From the NCBI GenBank assembly GCA_964016885.1, contig OZ024742.1, forward strand, positions 1,922,001 through 1,986,000: a stretch of 64,000 nt of DNA, given 5' to 3'. Below are positions 1 through 11,300 of this stretch, one piece after another; within the stretch, counting starts at the first letter, position 1; the number at the start of each line of letters is the position of its first letter. This stretch comes from Eledone cirrhosa (lineage: Eukaryota). Position numbers and translations under genes: made by a program. The notes under the pieces were generated by a model. That model made no database searches and was not told where the DNA came from. It was given only the letters and a program-made list of their open reading frames with translations.

Positions 1-3000
1 GTGGTGTTGGTGAAGGTGTTGGTGGTGTTGTTGGTGCTGTAGTCGGTGGTGGTGTTGTTGGTGGTTGTTTTGGTGGTGTTGTTGGATGTGGTGTTGTTGT
101 TAGTGGTGTTGGTGGTGGTGTTGGTGGTGGTGTAGTTGGTGTCGTTGGTGGGGGTGTTGTTGGTGTTGGTGTTGGTGTTGTTGGTGTTAGTGGTGTTGTT
201 GGTGGTTTGTTGGTATTGGTGTTGTTGTTGGTGGTTGTGTTGGTGGTGTTGTTGGTGGTGTTGTTGTTGTTGTTGGTGTAGGTGTTGTTGTTTGTGTTGG
301 TGGTGCTGTTGTTGGTGTTGTTGGTGGTGTTGTTGGTGGTTTGTTGGTATTGGTGTTGTTGTTGGTGGTTGTGTTGGTGGTGTTGTTGGTGGTGTTGTTG
401 TTGTTGTTGGTGTAGGTGTTGTTGTTTGTGTTGTTGGTGCTGATGTTGGTGGTGTTGGTGGTGGTGTTGGTGGTGCTGTTGTTGGTGTTGTTGTCGTTGG
501 TGGTGGTGGTGTTGTTGGTGTAGGTGTTGTTGTTGGTGTTGGTGGTGTTGTTGTTGGTGTTGGTGGTGGTGTTGGTGGTGCTGTTGTTGGTGTAGGTGTT
601 GTTGTTGGTGGTGGTGTTGTTGGTGTTGGTGGTGTTGCTGGTGGTTTTGTTGGTGGTGTTGCTGGTGGTGTTGTTGGTGGTCGTGTTGTTGGTGGTGGTG
701 TTGGTGGTGGTGTTGTTGGTGTTGGTTGTTGGTGTTGGTGGTAGTGTTGGTGTTGTTTATGGTGGTGTTCTTGCTGTTTTTGGTGGTGGTGTTGATGGTT
801 GTGTTGTTGGTGGTATTGTTGGTGGTGTTGCTGGTGGTGTTGGTGGTTTGTTTGTATTGGTGTTGTTGTTGGTGGTGTTGTTGGTGGTGTTGTTGTTGTT
901 GGTGTAGGTGTTGTTGTTGGTGTTGGTGGTGCTGTTGTTGGTGTTGTTGGTGGTGTTCGTGTTGTTGTTGGTGGTGTTGTTGGTGCTGTAGTCGGTGGTG
1001 GTGTTGTTGGTGTTGGTGTTGTTGGTGTAGGTGTTGTTGTTGGTGTTGGTGGTGCTGTTGTTGGTGTTGTTGTTGGTGTTGTTATTGGTGGTGGTGTTGG
1101 TGATGGTGTTGTTGTTGGTGGTGGTGTTGGTGTTGTTGTTGTTGGTGTTGGTGTTGTTGTTGGTGTTGGTGTTGTTGGTTTGGTGATGTTGTTGTTTTGG
1201 TGGTGTTGTTGCTGTTGTTGGGGTTGGTGTTGTTGTTGTTGATGGCGGTGCTGGTGGTGTTGGTGGTGTTGGTGGTGGTATTGTTGGTGTTGTTGCTGTT
1301 GTTGGTGTTGATGTTGTTGTTGGTGGTGTTGGTGGTGGTGCTGGTTGTGTTGTTGGGGGTGTTGTTGGTGGATGTTGTTGGTGTTGTTGTTGGTGGTGGT
1401 GTTGTTGTTGTAGGGTTTGTTGTTGGTGTTGGTGGTAGTGGTGGTGCTGTTGGTGTTGTTGGTGTTGTTGTTGGTGGTGTTGGTGGAGGTGTTGGTGGTG
1501 TTATTGGTGGTGGTGTTGTTGGGGGTGGTGTTGTTGATGTTGGTGGTTCTGTTGGTGGTGTTGTTGGTGTTGGTTTTGTTGTTGGTGGTGTTGGTGGTGG
1601 TGTTGGTGGTGTTGTTGATGATGTTGTTGGTGGTGGTGTTGTTGGTGGTGTTGTTGTTGGTGTTGGTGTTGTTGGTCTAAGTGGTGGTGTTGGTAGTGTT
1701 GCTGGTGGTGTTGATGTTTTGTTGGTATTGGTGTTGTTGTTGGTGGTGTTGGTGGTGGTGTTGGTGCTGTTGGTGGTGGTGTTGGTGTTGTTGTTGGTGG
1801 TGTTGTTGTAGGTGTAGGTGTTGTTGTTGGTGGTGTTGTTGTAGGTGTAGGTGTTGTTGTTGGTGTTGGTATTGTTGGTGTTGTTGTTGGTGGTGGTGTT
1901 GGTGGTGCTGTTGTTGGTGTTGGTGTTGTTGTTGGTGGTGGTGTTGTTGGTGGTATTGTTGGTGGTGTTGTTGTTGTTGGTGGTGTTGTTGGTGGTGGTG
2001 TTGGTGGTGTTGTTGTTGTTGGTGTTGTTGTTTTTGGTGGTGTTGTTGGTGGTGGTGTTGTTGTTTTTGGTTGTGTTGTTGTTGTTGGTGTTGTTGTTTT
2101 TGGTGGTGTTGTTGGTGGTGGTGTTGTTGGTGTTGTTGGTGTTGGTGGTGGTGTTGGTGGTGTTGTTGCTCTTGGTGTAGGTGGTGTTGGTGGTGCTGTT
2201 GTTGGTGTTGGTGTTGTTGTTGGTGTTGGTAGTGCTGTTGTTGGTGTTGGTGGTGGTGTTGGTGTTGTTGGTGTTGTTGTCGTTGTGGTTGGTGTTGTTG
2301 TTGGTGGTGTTGTTGGTGTTGGTGGTGTTGGTGTTGTTGTTGTTGATGGCGGTGTTGGTGGTGGTATTGTTGGTGTTGTTGGTGTTGGTGTTGTTGCTGT
2401 TGTTGGCGTTGATGGTGTTGGTGGTGTTGGTGTTGTTGTTGTTGATGGCGGTGTTGGTGGTGGTATTGTTGGTGTTGTTGGTGTTGGTGTTGTTGCTGTT
2501 GTTGGCGTTGATGGTGTTGTCGGTGGTGTTGGTGGTGGTGCTGGTTGTGTTGTTGGGGGTGTTGTTGGTGGTGGTGTTGGTGGTGATGTTGTTGGTGTTG
2601 GTGTTGTTGCTGTTGGTGGTGTTGTTGTTGGTGTTGGTGGTGTCGCTGGTGGTGGTGTTGTTGGTGTTGCTGTTGGTGAAGGTGTTGGTGGTGTTGTTGG
2701 TGCTGTAGTTGTTGGTGGTCTTGTTGGTGGTGGTGTTGTTGGTGTTGGTGATGTTGGTGGTTGTTTTGGTGGTGTTGTTTCTGTTGGTGTTGTTGTTGGT
2801 GGTGTCGTTGGTGGTGGTGTTGTTGGTGTTGGTGTTGTTGGTGTTAGTTATGGTGTTGCTGGTGGTGTTGGTGGTTTGTTGGTTTTGGTGTTGTTGTTGG
2901 TGGTGGTGTTGGTGTTGTTGTTGGTGGTGGTGTTGGTGTAGGTGTTGTTGTTGGTGTTAGTGGTGCTGTTGTTGGTGTTGTTGGTGGTGTTGTTGGTGGT

Positions 3001-4088
3001 GTTGGTGGTGGTGTTGGTGGTGCTGTTGTTGGTGGTGGTGTTGTTGTTGGTGGTGGTGTTGTTGGTGTAGGTTTTGTTGGTGTTGGTGGTGCTGTTGTTG
3101 GTGGTGTTGGTGGTGGTGTTGGTGGTGCTGTTGTTGGTGTTGTTTTTGTTGTTGTTGGTGGTGTTGTTGGTGTAGGAGTTGTTGTTGTTGGTGGTGCTGT
3201 TGTTGGTGTTATTGGTGGTGTTGTTGGTGGTGCTGTTGTTGGTGGTGGTGTTGTTGTTGGTGGTGGTGTTGGTATTGGTTTTGGTGGTGGTGTTGTTGGT
3301 GTAGGTGTTGGTGGTGTTGGTGTTGTTGTTGGTGTTTTTGTTGGTGTTGGTGGTAGTGTTGGTGTTGTTTATGGTGGTGTTCTTGCTGTTTTTGGTGGTG
3401 TTGTTGATGGTTGTGTTGTTGGTGGTGGTGTTGGTGGTGGTATTGTTGGCGTTGTTGTTGTTGTTAGGTGTGGTGGTGTTGGTGGAGTTGGTGTTGGTGG
3501 TGTTGGTGCTGGTGTTGTTGTTGGTGTTGTTGGTGTTGTTGTTGTTGGTGTTGTTGGTGTTGTTGGTGTTGGTGTTGTTGGTGGTTTTGTTGGTGGTGGT
3601 GTTGTTGTTGTTGGAGTTGGTGTTGTTGTTGTTGGAGTTGGTGTTGTTGGTGTTGTTGGTGTTGTTGGTGTTGTTGATGTTGGTGTTGGTGTTGTTGGTG
3701 TTGTTGTTGTTGGTGTTGGTGTTGTTGGTGTTGTTGTTGTTGGAGTTGGTGTTGTTGTTGTTGGAGTTGGTGCTGTTGGTGTTATTGGTGTTGTTGGTGT
3801 TGGTGGTGTTGTTGGTGCTGTTGGTGTTGGTGTTGGTGTTGTTGGTGTTGTTTGTGTTGGTGTTGTTGGTGTTGGTGGTGTTGGTGCTGTTGGTGTTGGT
3901 GGTGTTGGTGCTGTTGGTGTTGGTGGTGTTGTTGGTGTTGTTGGTGTTGTTGGTGTTGTTGGTGTCGTTTGTGTTGGTGTTGTTGGTGTTGGTGGTGATG
4001 GTGCTGTTGTTGTTGTTGTTGTTGTTGGTGGTGGTGGTGTTGGTGGTGGTGTTGGTGGTGGTGTTGTTGTTGTTCGTGGTGTTGGTGA
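1..4088. repeat. Degenerate GGT/GTT trinucleotide low-complexity tract (runs off window start)
   Basis: Almost only G/T in mixed GGT/GTT/TGT triplets, with internal block duplications. ORFs are V/G/L/C/W or T/N/P homopolymer-like. Confidence 0.97.
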
Positions 4089-4146
4089 TATTTGTATATG
4101 TCCCAAATTTATGAAGAGACAGATGGGAGAGATATATATAGATATT

Positions 4147-4834
4147 GATAAATAGTAATATACGTGAACGGCAAAACATAAATGAACTAAGTGAGAAATT
4201 AGGAATAGGAGAGATCAAATGCTGTTTATTTGAGAGAAGACTACGCTGGTATGGTCACGTGATGCGCATGAAGGCGACAGCTGTATAAAAAAAGTGCAGA
4301 GCGATCAAAATTGATGCTACCGAGTAGGTAGACCCAGAAAAACCTGGGGCGATTTGATAAAATCCGACCTTACACACTTGCACCTCTCTAAGACAATGTC
4401 ACTGGACCGAGATCTTTGGCGCTACGCCTTGCCAAAGTACAAAGTGAAACCTACAGTCAGTAGGCACCTCTTAACCAAATATACACCCCAATCCACTACC
4501 CCTACCCCATCCTCCCACTCCCACTAACACCACCCTCTCTCTCTAAAGTTGGTACCACAACATCCAGTCCAAATAAATGAGATCGAGATCGTGTAGGTGT
4601 CACGGCAAAAACACACACAGTCCACGCTGTAATGTGGCCGTGTAGGTAACACGGTAAAAAGTTCCCAGTTCCACACTGTAAACGTGGTTGGTGTTAGCAA
4701 GGGCATCCAGCCAGATAGTCCTATATGAGCGAGACACGGTCACCGGACCAACCTTGCCTCAAGTGGGACAACTCCCGTCTAACCCATGCTAGTGTGGAAG
4801 ATGGACGTTAATCGAAGGTGATGATGATGATGAT
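4147..4834 (+). mobile_element. 5'-truncated, frameshifted RTE-clade LINE 3' end with 3' UTR and (GAT)n tail
   Basis: Manual translation gives ...ELSEKLGIGEIKCCLFERRLRWYGHVMRM, then after a frameshift GRPRKTWGDLIKSDL...DRDLWR, the typical RTE C-terminal motifs. Ends in aacccatgctagtgtggaagatggacgttaa...(gat)n. Confidence 0.85.
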
Positions 4835-5280
4835 AGATATAGAGAGGGGGAGAGTTTAGTAGTGAGGGATAGAGTGAGAGGGAATGAGAGAGAGTGTTGT
4901 ATGGTACATATACAGAGGGTGATAGTTTGATGCTAATTGATATAGAGAGGGGGTTGGAAGAGAGTGACGTGTAGTAGATATAGAGAGGGGGATAGTTTGG
5001 TGGTTGTAGATATACAGAGAGGGATAATAGGAGAGTGCCATGTAGTAGATATAGAGAGGGTGAGAGTTTAGGGGTGATTGATATACAGAGGGGGATTGGG
5101 AGAGATAGTTGTAGATAGTTATAGAGAGTGAGAGTGTATTAGTCTTAGATATAGAGAGTGGGATAAGAGAGGCGGTGTCGTGGTAGATATAGAGAGGGGT
5201 AGAGTTCAGTTTTAGTAGATACAGAGAGGGTATTAAAAGAGAGTTTTGTGTGATAGACATAGAGAGGAGGAGAGTTTGGT
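4835..5280. repeat. Degenerate ~30-bp purine-rich minisatellite (agatatagagagggg...tagt)
   Basis: Recurrent 'gatatagagaggg' core at roughly regular spacing. Confidence 0.75.
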
Positions 5281-5282
5281 GG

Positions 5283-5601
5283 CACTCTCGGGTCCCAAAT
5301 AATAGGAGGGGGTAGCAATAATAAGGGGGGGGGGGGGGCTTGGGAAATCTGTAATTGTTTAGGGTACTTTCGTAAATATGGGATTTCTTGTAATGTTCTC
5401 CTTTTTAATGTAAAATAAATTTGTTAGATTCTCCAACTGCTGTATCAATATGAATCAGAATAAGATTTCGTCGGAGATAGATTAGCAACATTTAATAAGT
5501 GGGTGGTGGGGTGGGGTGGTATAAAAACCGAGGTGGTGGGGGTGGGGGGGGATCTGACAAATTAATAAGTGGGAGGTGGGAGTATTCAAGACATGAGAGT
5601 A
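5283..5601. mobile_element. Possible non-autonomous DNA transposon/MITE remnant
   Basis: Imperfect terminal inverted repeats: left cactctcgggtcccaaata; right end reverse-complements to tactctcatgtcttgaata. Internal repeated taataagtggg plus G-runs. Confidence 0.4.
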
Positions 5602-6249
5602 AGTGAATTATTGAGGGACGTAAGACAGAAAACTCAATACCGAAGTAGAGTTTAAATATTCATTTATTATAACTAATCCTTGTTACTCTGGGGTCTCACC
5701 TGCGTACTTACCTGGCAAGACTGGTGATCCTGTGAGTGCACAGGTGATACTTTAGAGGAACAAATCTCACCTATAGCCATAATAATGTGTGTGTGAGAGG
5801 TTCACCAAAATTTAGTCACATGTTTGAATTCACTTGGAGTAAGTAGGGGTGAAGTAGAATGGGACAGGAAACTATTCAGGTGATACACTGACGAATCAGC
5901 AATAAATCACTGACATCTACCCACGCCAGATATTTTAAACCCCCCCCCCCCCAACCAGTTGACCCTCCTTATATCACGATTTATGCCCCTTTTTTTTCTC
6001 ATTCTTGTTCGCCCTTCATATTCAGTTATCTCCTCACCCCTACACAGTTGGACATATTTCTTAGACAATAAGGGGTTAGAGTAACTCAACAACGAGGCGC
6101 CAAACTGGCTGGGGTATTTAGGGAACATCACACACACTCAAACCCTTCACTCCCACCAACACTCAAACCCTTCACTCCCACCAACACTCTAAAAAGTCAA
6201 CACTTTTTTTCCGTTCCACTAAATAAACAAATCACTTGCCATCACAGAC

Positions 6250-7850
6250 CCCCTCTCTCTCACTTGTTCTTCCCCCTCTCTCTTACTTATTCTTCCCCCT
6301 CTCTCTCACTTGTTCTTCCCTCTCTCTTTCACTTGTTCTTCCCCCTCTCTCTCACTTATTCTTCCTCCTCTCTCTCTCACTTGTTCTTCCCTCTCTCTTT
6401 CACTTGTTCTTCCCCCTCTCTCTCACTTATTCTTCCTCCTCTCTCTCTCACTTGTTCTTCCCTCTCTCTCTCACTTGTTCTTCCCTCTCTCTCTCACTTG
6501 TTCTTCCCCCTCTCTCTCACTTATTCTTCCTCCTCTCTCTCTCACTTGTTCTTCCCTCTCTCTTTCACTTGTTCTTCCCCCTCTCTCTCACTTATTCTTC
6601 CTCCTCTCTCTCTCACTTGTTCTTCCCTCTCTCTCTCACTTGTTCTTCCCCCTCTCTCTCTCACTTGTTCTTCCCTCTCTCTCTCACTTGTTCTTCCCCC
6701 TCTCTCTCTCACTGTTCTTCCCTCTCTCTCTCTCACTTGTTCTTCCCCCTCTCTCTCACTTGTTCTTCCCCCTCTCTCTCACTTGTTCTTCCCCCTCTCT
6801 CTCACTTGTTCTTCCCCCTCTCTCTCTCACTTGTTCTTCCCCCTCTCTCTCTCACTTGTTCTTCCCTCTCTCTCTCACTTGTTCTTCCCCCTCTCTCTCT
6901 CACTTGTTCTTGCCCCTCTCTCTCACTTGTTCTTCCCCCTCTCTCTCACTTGTCCTTCCCTCTCTCTCTCACTTGTTCTTCCCCCTCTCTCTCACTTGTC
7001 CTTCCCTCTCTCTCTCACTTGTTCTTCCCCCTCTCTCTTACTTGTCCTTCCCTCTCTCACTTGTTTTTCCCCCTCTCTCTCACTTGTTCTTCCCTCTCTC
7101 TCTCACTGGTTCTTCCCCCTCTCTCTCTCTCACTTGTTCTTCCCTTCTCTCTCTCACCTGTCCTTCCCTCTCTCTCTCACTTGTTCTTCCCCCTCTCTCT
7201 CTCACTTGTTCTTCCCCCTCTTTCTCTCACTTGTTCTTCCTCCTCTGTCTTTCACTTGTTCTTCCCCCTCTCGCTCACTTGTTCTTCCCCCTCTCTCTCT
7301 CACTTGTTCTTCCCCCTCTCTCTCACTTGTCCTTCCCTCTCTCTCTCACTTGTTCTTCCCCCTCTCTCTTACTTGTCCTTCCCTCTCTCACTTGTTTTTC
7401 CCCCTCTCTCTCACTTGTTCTTCCCTCTCTCTCTCACTGGTTCTTCCCCCTCTCTCTCTCTCACTTGTTTTTCCATCTCTCTCTCACTTGTTCTTCCCTT
7501 CTCTCTCTCACCTGTCCTTCCCTCTCTCTCTCACTTGTTCTTCCCCCTCTCTCTCTCACTTGTTCTTCCCCCTCTTTCTCTCACTTGTTCTTCCTCCTCT
7601 GTCTTTCACTTGTTCTTCCCCCTCTCGCTCACTTGTTCTTCCCCCTCTCTCTCTCACTTGTTCTTCCCCCTCTCTCTCTCACTTGTTCTTCCCCCTCTCG
7701 CTCACTTGTTCTTCCCCCTCTCTCTCTCACTTGTTCTTCCCCCTCTCTCTCTCACTTGTTCTTCCCTCTCTCACTTGTTCTTCCCCCTCTTTCTCTCACT
7801 TGTTCTTCCTCCTCTGTCTTTCACTTGTTCTTCTCCCTCTCTCTCTCTTT
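6250..7850. repeat. Polypyrimidine minisatellite, unit ~22-26 bp (cacttgttcttcccc(ct)n)
   Basis: Dozens of tandem units with variable CT tail. All three + frames are open only because the unit lacks stops. Confidence 0.96.
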
Positions 7851-8327
7851 CACTTATTATCTTTCATTCTCACACACTCATTATTTCTCTCTCTCTTTCC
7901 TTGTTTTTCTCTTTCTTGTTCATTCTTCACCCCACCCCACACTTTCACACAGACTTACATCTACACACACAGTAGATAAACACACACACTCATGCACCTA
8001 ACTCTTACACAAACACTGACATACCCATACACACAAACATATATCCACACAGACAAACATATATATCCACATACATACACATATATATCCACACATACAT
8101 ACACCTTATGGAACCGACAATGTACTCATCCCACCTATGACATACCTACCACTCCTTTAGTCCCACCGTGGGCCCAACCCATTAACTTATTAACAATTTA
8201 CAATGTTTAGTGAAGAGAGACAGAATAATGGTTACATTTCTTGGCGGGCCGACATGTAGCGGACAAAGTTGGCCCTAACAAATAGGGAAAAAAACAATCA
8301 AGAAGAAAAAATAGAGAAAAAGATATA

Positions 8328-11300
8328 TGGTGTGGTGTAGTGTGGTGTGGTGTAGTGTGGTGTGGTGTAGTGTAGTGCGGTGTAGTGTGGTGTGGTATAG
8401 TGTAGTGTGGTGTGGTGTGGTGTGGTGTGGTGTGGTGTAGTGTAGTGTAGTGTAGTGTGGTGTGGTTTGGTGTGGTGTGGTGTAGTGTAGTGTGGTGTAG
8501 TGTGGTGTGGTTTGGTGTGGTGTGGTGTAGTGTAGTGCGGTGTAGTGTGGTGTGGTGTAGTGTAGTGCGGTGTAGTGTGGTGTGGTATAGTGTAGTGTGG
8601 TGTGGTGTGGTGTGGTGTGGTGTGGTGTGGTGTAGTGTAGTGTAGTGTAGTGTAGTGTGGTGTGGTGTGGTGTAGTGTAGTGTGGTGTAGTGTAGTGTGG
8701 TGTGGTGTAGTGTGGTGTGGTATGGTGTAGTGTGGTGTGGTGTAGTGTGGTGTGGTGTAGTGTAGTGTAGTGTGGTGTGGTGTAGTGTGGTGTGGTGTGG
8801 AGTGGTGTGGTATGGCGTGGTGTAGTGGTGTAGTGTAGTGTGGTGTGGTGTAGTGTGGTGTGGTGTAGTGTGGTGTGGTATGGTGTAGTGTGGTGTGGTG
8901 TAGTGTGGTGTGGTGTAGTGTAGTGTAGTGTGGTGTGGTGTAGTGTGGTGTGGTGTGGAGTGGTGTGGTATGGTGTGGTGTAGTGTAGTGTGGTATGGTG
9001 TGGTGTAGTGTGGAGTGGTGTGGTGTAGTGTGGTGTGGTGTGGTGTAGTGTAGTGTAGTGAGGTGTAGTGTGGTGTGGTGTGCTGTGGTGTAGTGTGGTA
9101 TGGTGTAGTGTGGTATGGTGTGGTGTAGTGTTGTGTGGTGTACTGTAGTGTAGTGTGGTGTAGTGTAGTGTAGTGTGGTGTGGTGTAGTGTGTTATGGTG
9201 TAGTGTAGTGTGGTGTGGTGTAGTGTGGTATGGTGTGGTGTAGTGTTGTGTGGTGTAGTGTGGTATGGTGTAGTGTGGTATGGTGTAGTGTAGTGTAGTG
9301 TAGTGTAGTGTAGTGTAGTGTAGTGTAGTGTGGTGTGGTGTGGTGTAGTGTGTTATGGTGTGGTGTAGTGTGGTATGGTGTGGTGTAGTGTGGTGTAGTG
9401 TGGTGTGGTATAGTGTAGTGAGGTGTAGTGTGGTGTGGTGTAGTGTGGTATGGTGTAGTGTGGTATGGTGTGGTGTAGTGTGGTGTAGTGCGGTGTAGTG
9501 TGGTGTGGTGTAGTGTAGTGAGGTGTAGTGTAGTGTGGTGTGGTGTGGTGTGGTGTGGTGTGGTGTGGTGTGGTGTGGTGTAGTGTGGTGTGGTGTAGTG
9601 TGGTATGGTGTAGTGTGGTATGGTGTGGTGTGGCGTGGTGTAGTGTGGTGTGGTGTAGTGTGGTCTGGAGTGGTGTGGTATGGTGTGGTATGGTGTAGTG
9701 TGGTGTGGTGTGGTGTAGTGTGGTGTTGTGTAGTGGGGTGTGTAGTGTCGTCTGCTGTGGTCTGGTGTGGTGTGGTGTGGTGTAGTGTGGTGTGGTGTAG
9801 TTTAGTGTAGTGTGGTGTGGTGTAGTGTAGTGTAGTGTGGTGTAGTGTAGTGTGGTGTGGTGTGGTTTGGTGTGGTATAGTGTAGTGTGGTGTGGTGTGG
9901 TGTGGTGTAGTGTAGTGTAGTGTAGTGTGGTGTGGTTTGGTGTGGTGTGGTGTAGTGTGGTGTGGTGTAGTGTAGTGTGGTGTGGTGTAGTGTGGTGTGG
10001 TGTAGTGTGGTGTGGTATGGTGTAGTGTGGTGTGGTGTAGTGTGGTGTGGTGTGGTGTAGTGTAGTGTGGTGTGGTGTAGTGTGGTGTGGAGTGGTGTGG
10101 TATGGTGTGGTGTAGTGTAGTGTGGTATGGTGTGGTGTAGTGTGGTGTGGTGTAGTGTGGTGTGGTGTGGTGTAGTGTAGTGTAGTGAGGTGTAGTGTGG
10201 TGTGGTGTGGTGTGGTGTAGTGTGGTATGGTGTAGTGTGGTATGGTGTGGTGTAGTGTTGTGTGGTGTACTGTAGTGTAGTGTGGTGTAGTGTAGTGTAG
10301 TGTGGTGTGGTGTAGTGTGTTATGGTGTAGTGTAGTGTGGTGTGGTGTAGTGTGGTATGGTGTAGTGTGGTATGGTGTAGTGTAGTGTAGTGTAGTGTGG
10401 TGTGGTGTGGTGTGGTGTAGTGTAGTGTAGTGTAGTGTAGTGTAGTGTAGTGTAGTGTAGTGTAGTGTAGTGTAGTGTAGTGTAGTGTAGTGTAGTGTAG
10501 TGTAGTGTAGTGTAGTGTAGTGTAGTGTAGTGTAGTGTAGTGTAGTGTAGTGAGGTGTAGTGTAGTGTGGTGTGGTGTAGTGTGTTATGGTGTGGTGTAG
10601 TGTAGTGTAGTGTAGTGTGGTGTGGTGTAGTGTGTTATGGTGTGGTGTAGTGTGGTATGGTGTGGTGTAGTGTGGTGTAGTGTGGTGTGGTGTAGTGTAG
10701 TGAGGTGTAGTGTGGTATGGTGTAGTGTGGTGTAGTGTGGTGTAGTGCGGTGTAGTGTGGTTTGGTGTAGTGTAGTGAGGTGTAGTGTAGTGTGGTGTGG
10801 TGTGGTGTGGTGTGGTGTGGTGTGGCGTGGTGTAGTGTGGTGTGGTGTAGTGTGGTCTGGTGTGGTGTGGTATGGTGTGGTATGGTGTAGTGTGGTGTGG
10901 TGTGGTGTAGTGTGGTGTTGTGTAGTGTAGTGTAGTGTGGTGTGGTGTGGTTTGGTGTGGTGTGGTGTGGTGTAGTGTGGTGTGGTGTAGTTTAGTGTAG
11001 TGTGGTGTGGTGTAGTGTAGTGTAGTGTGGTGTGGTGTGGTTTGGTGTGGTGTAGTGTGGCGTAGTGTAGTGTTGTGTAGTGTAGTGTAGTGTGGTGTAG
11101 TGTGGTGTAGTGTGGTGTGGTGTGGTATGGTGTAGTGTAGTGTGGTGTGGTGTAGTGTGGTGTAGTTTGGTGTGGTCTGGTGTGGTGTAGTGTGGTGTGG
11201 TGTAGTGTTGTGTAGTTTGGTGTGGTCTGGTGTGGTGTGGTGTAGTTTGGTGTGGTCTGGTGTGGTGTGGTGTGGTGTGGTGTGGTGTGGTGTAGTCTGG

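Noticed and set aside
136-4218. Long V/G/L/C/W and T/N/P ORFs (mucin-like or membrane-like)
   Set aside because: Stop-free translations of a G/T triplet tract in multiple frames; no unique domain.
5704-5720. tacttacctggca resembling the U1 snRNA 5' end
   Set aside because: No U1 stem-loops or Sm site follow; better explained as the reverse complement of a splice donor.
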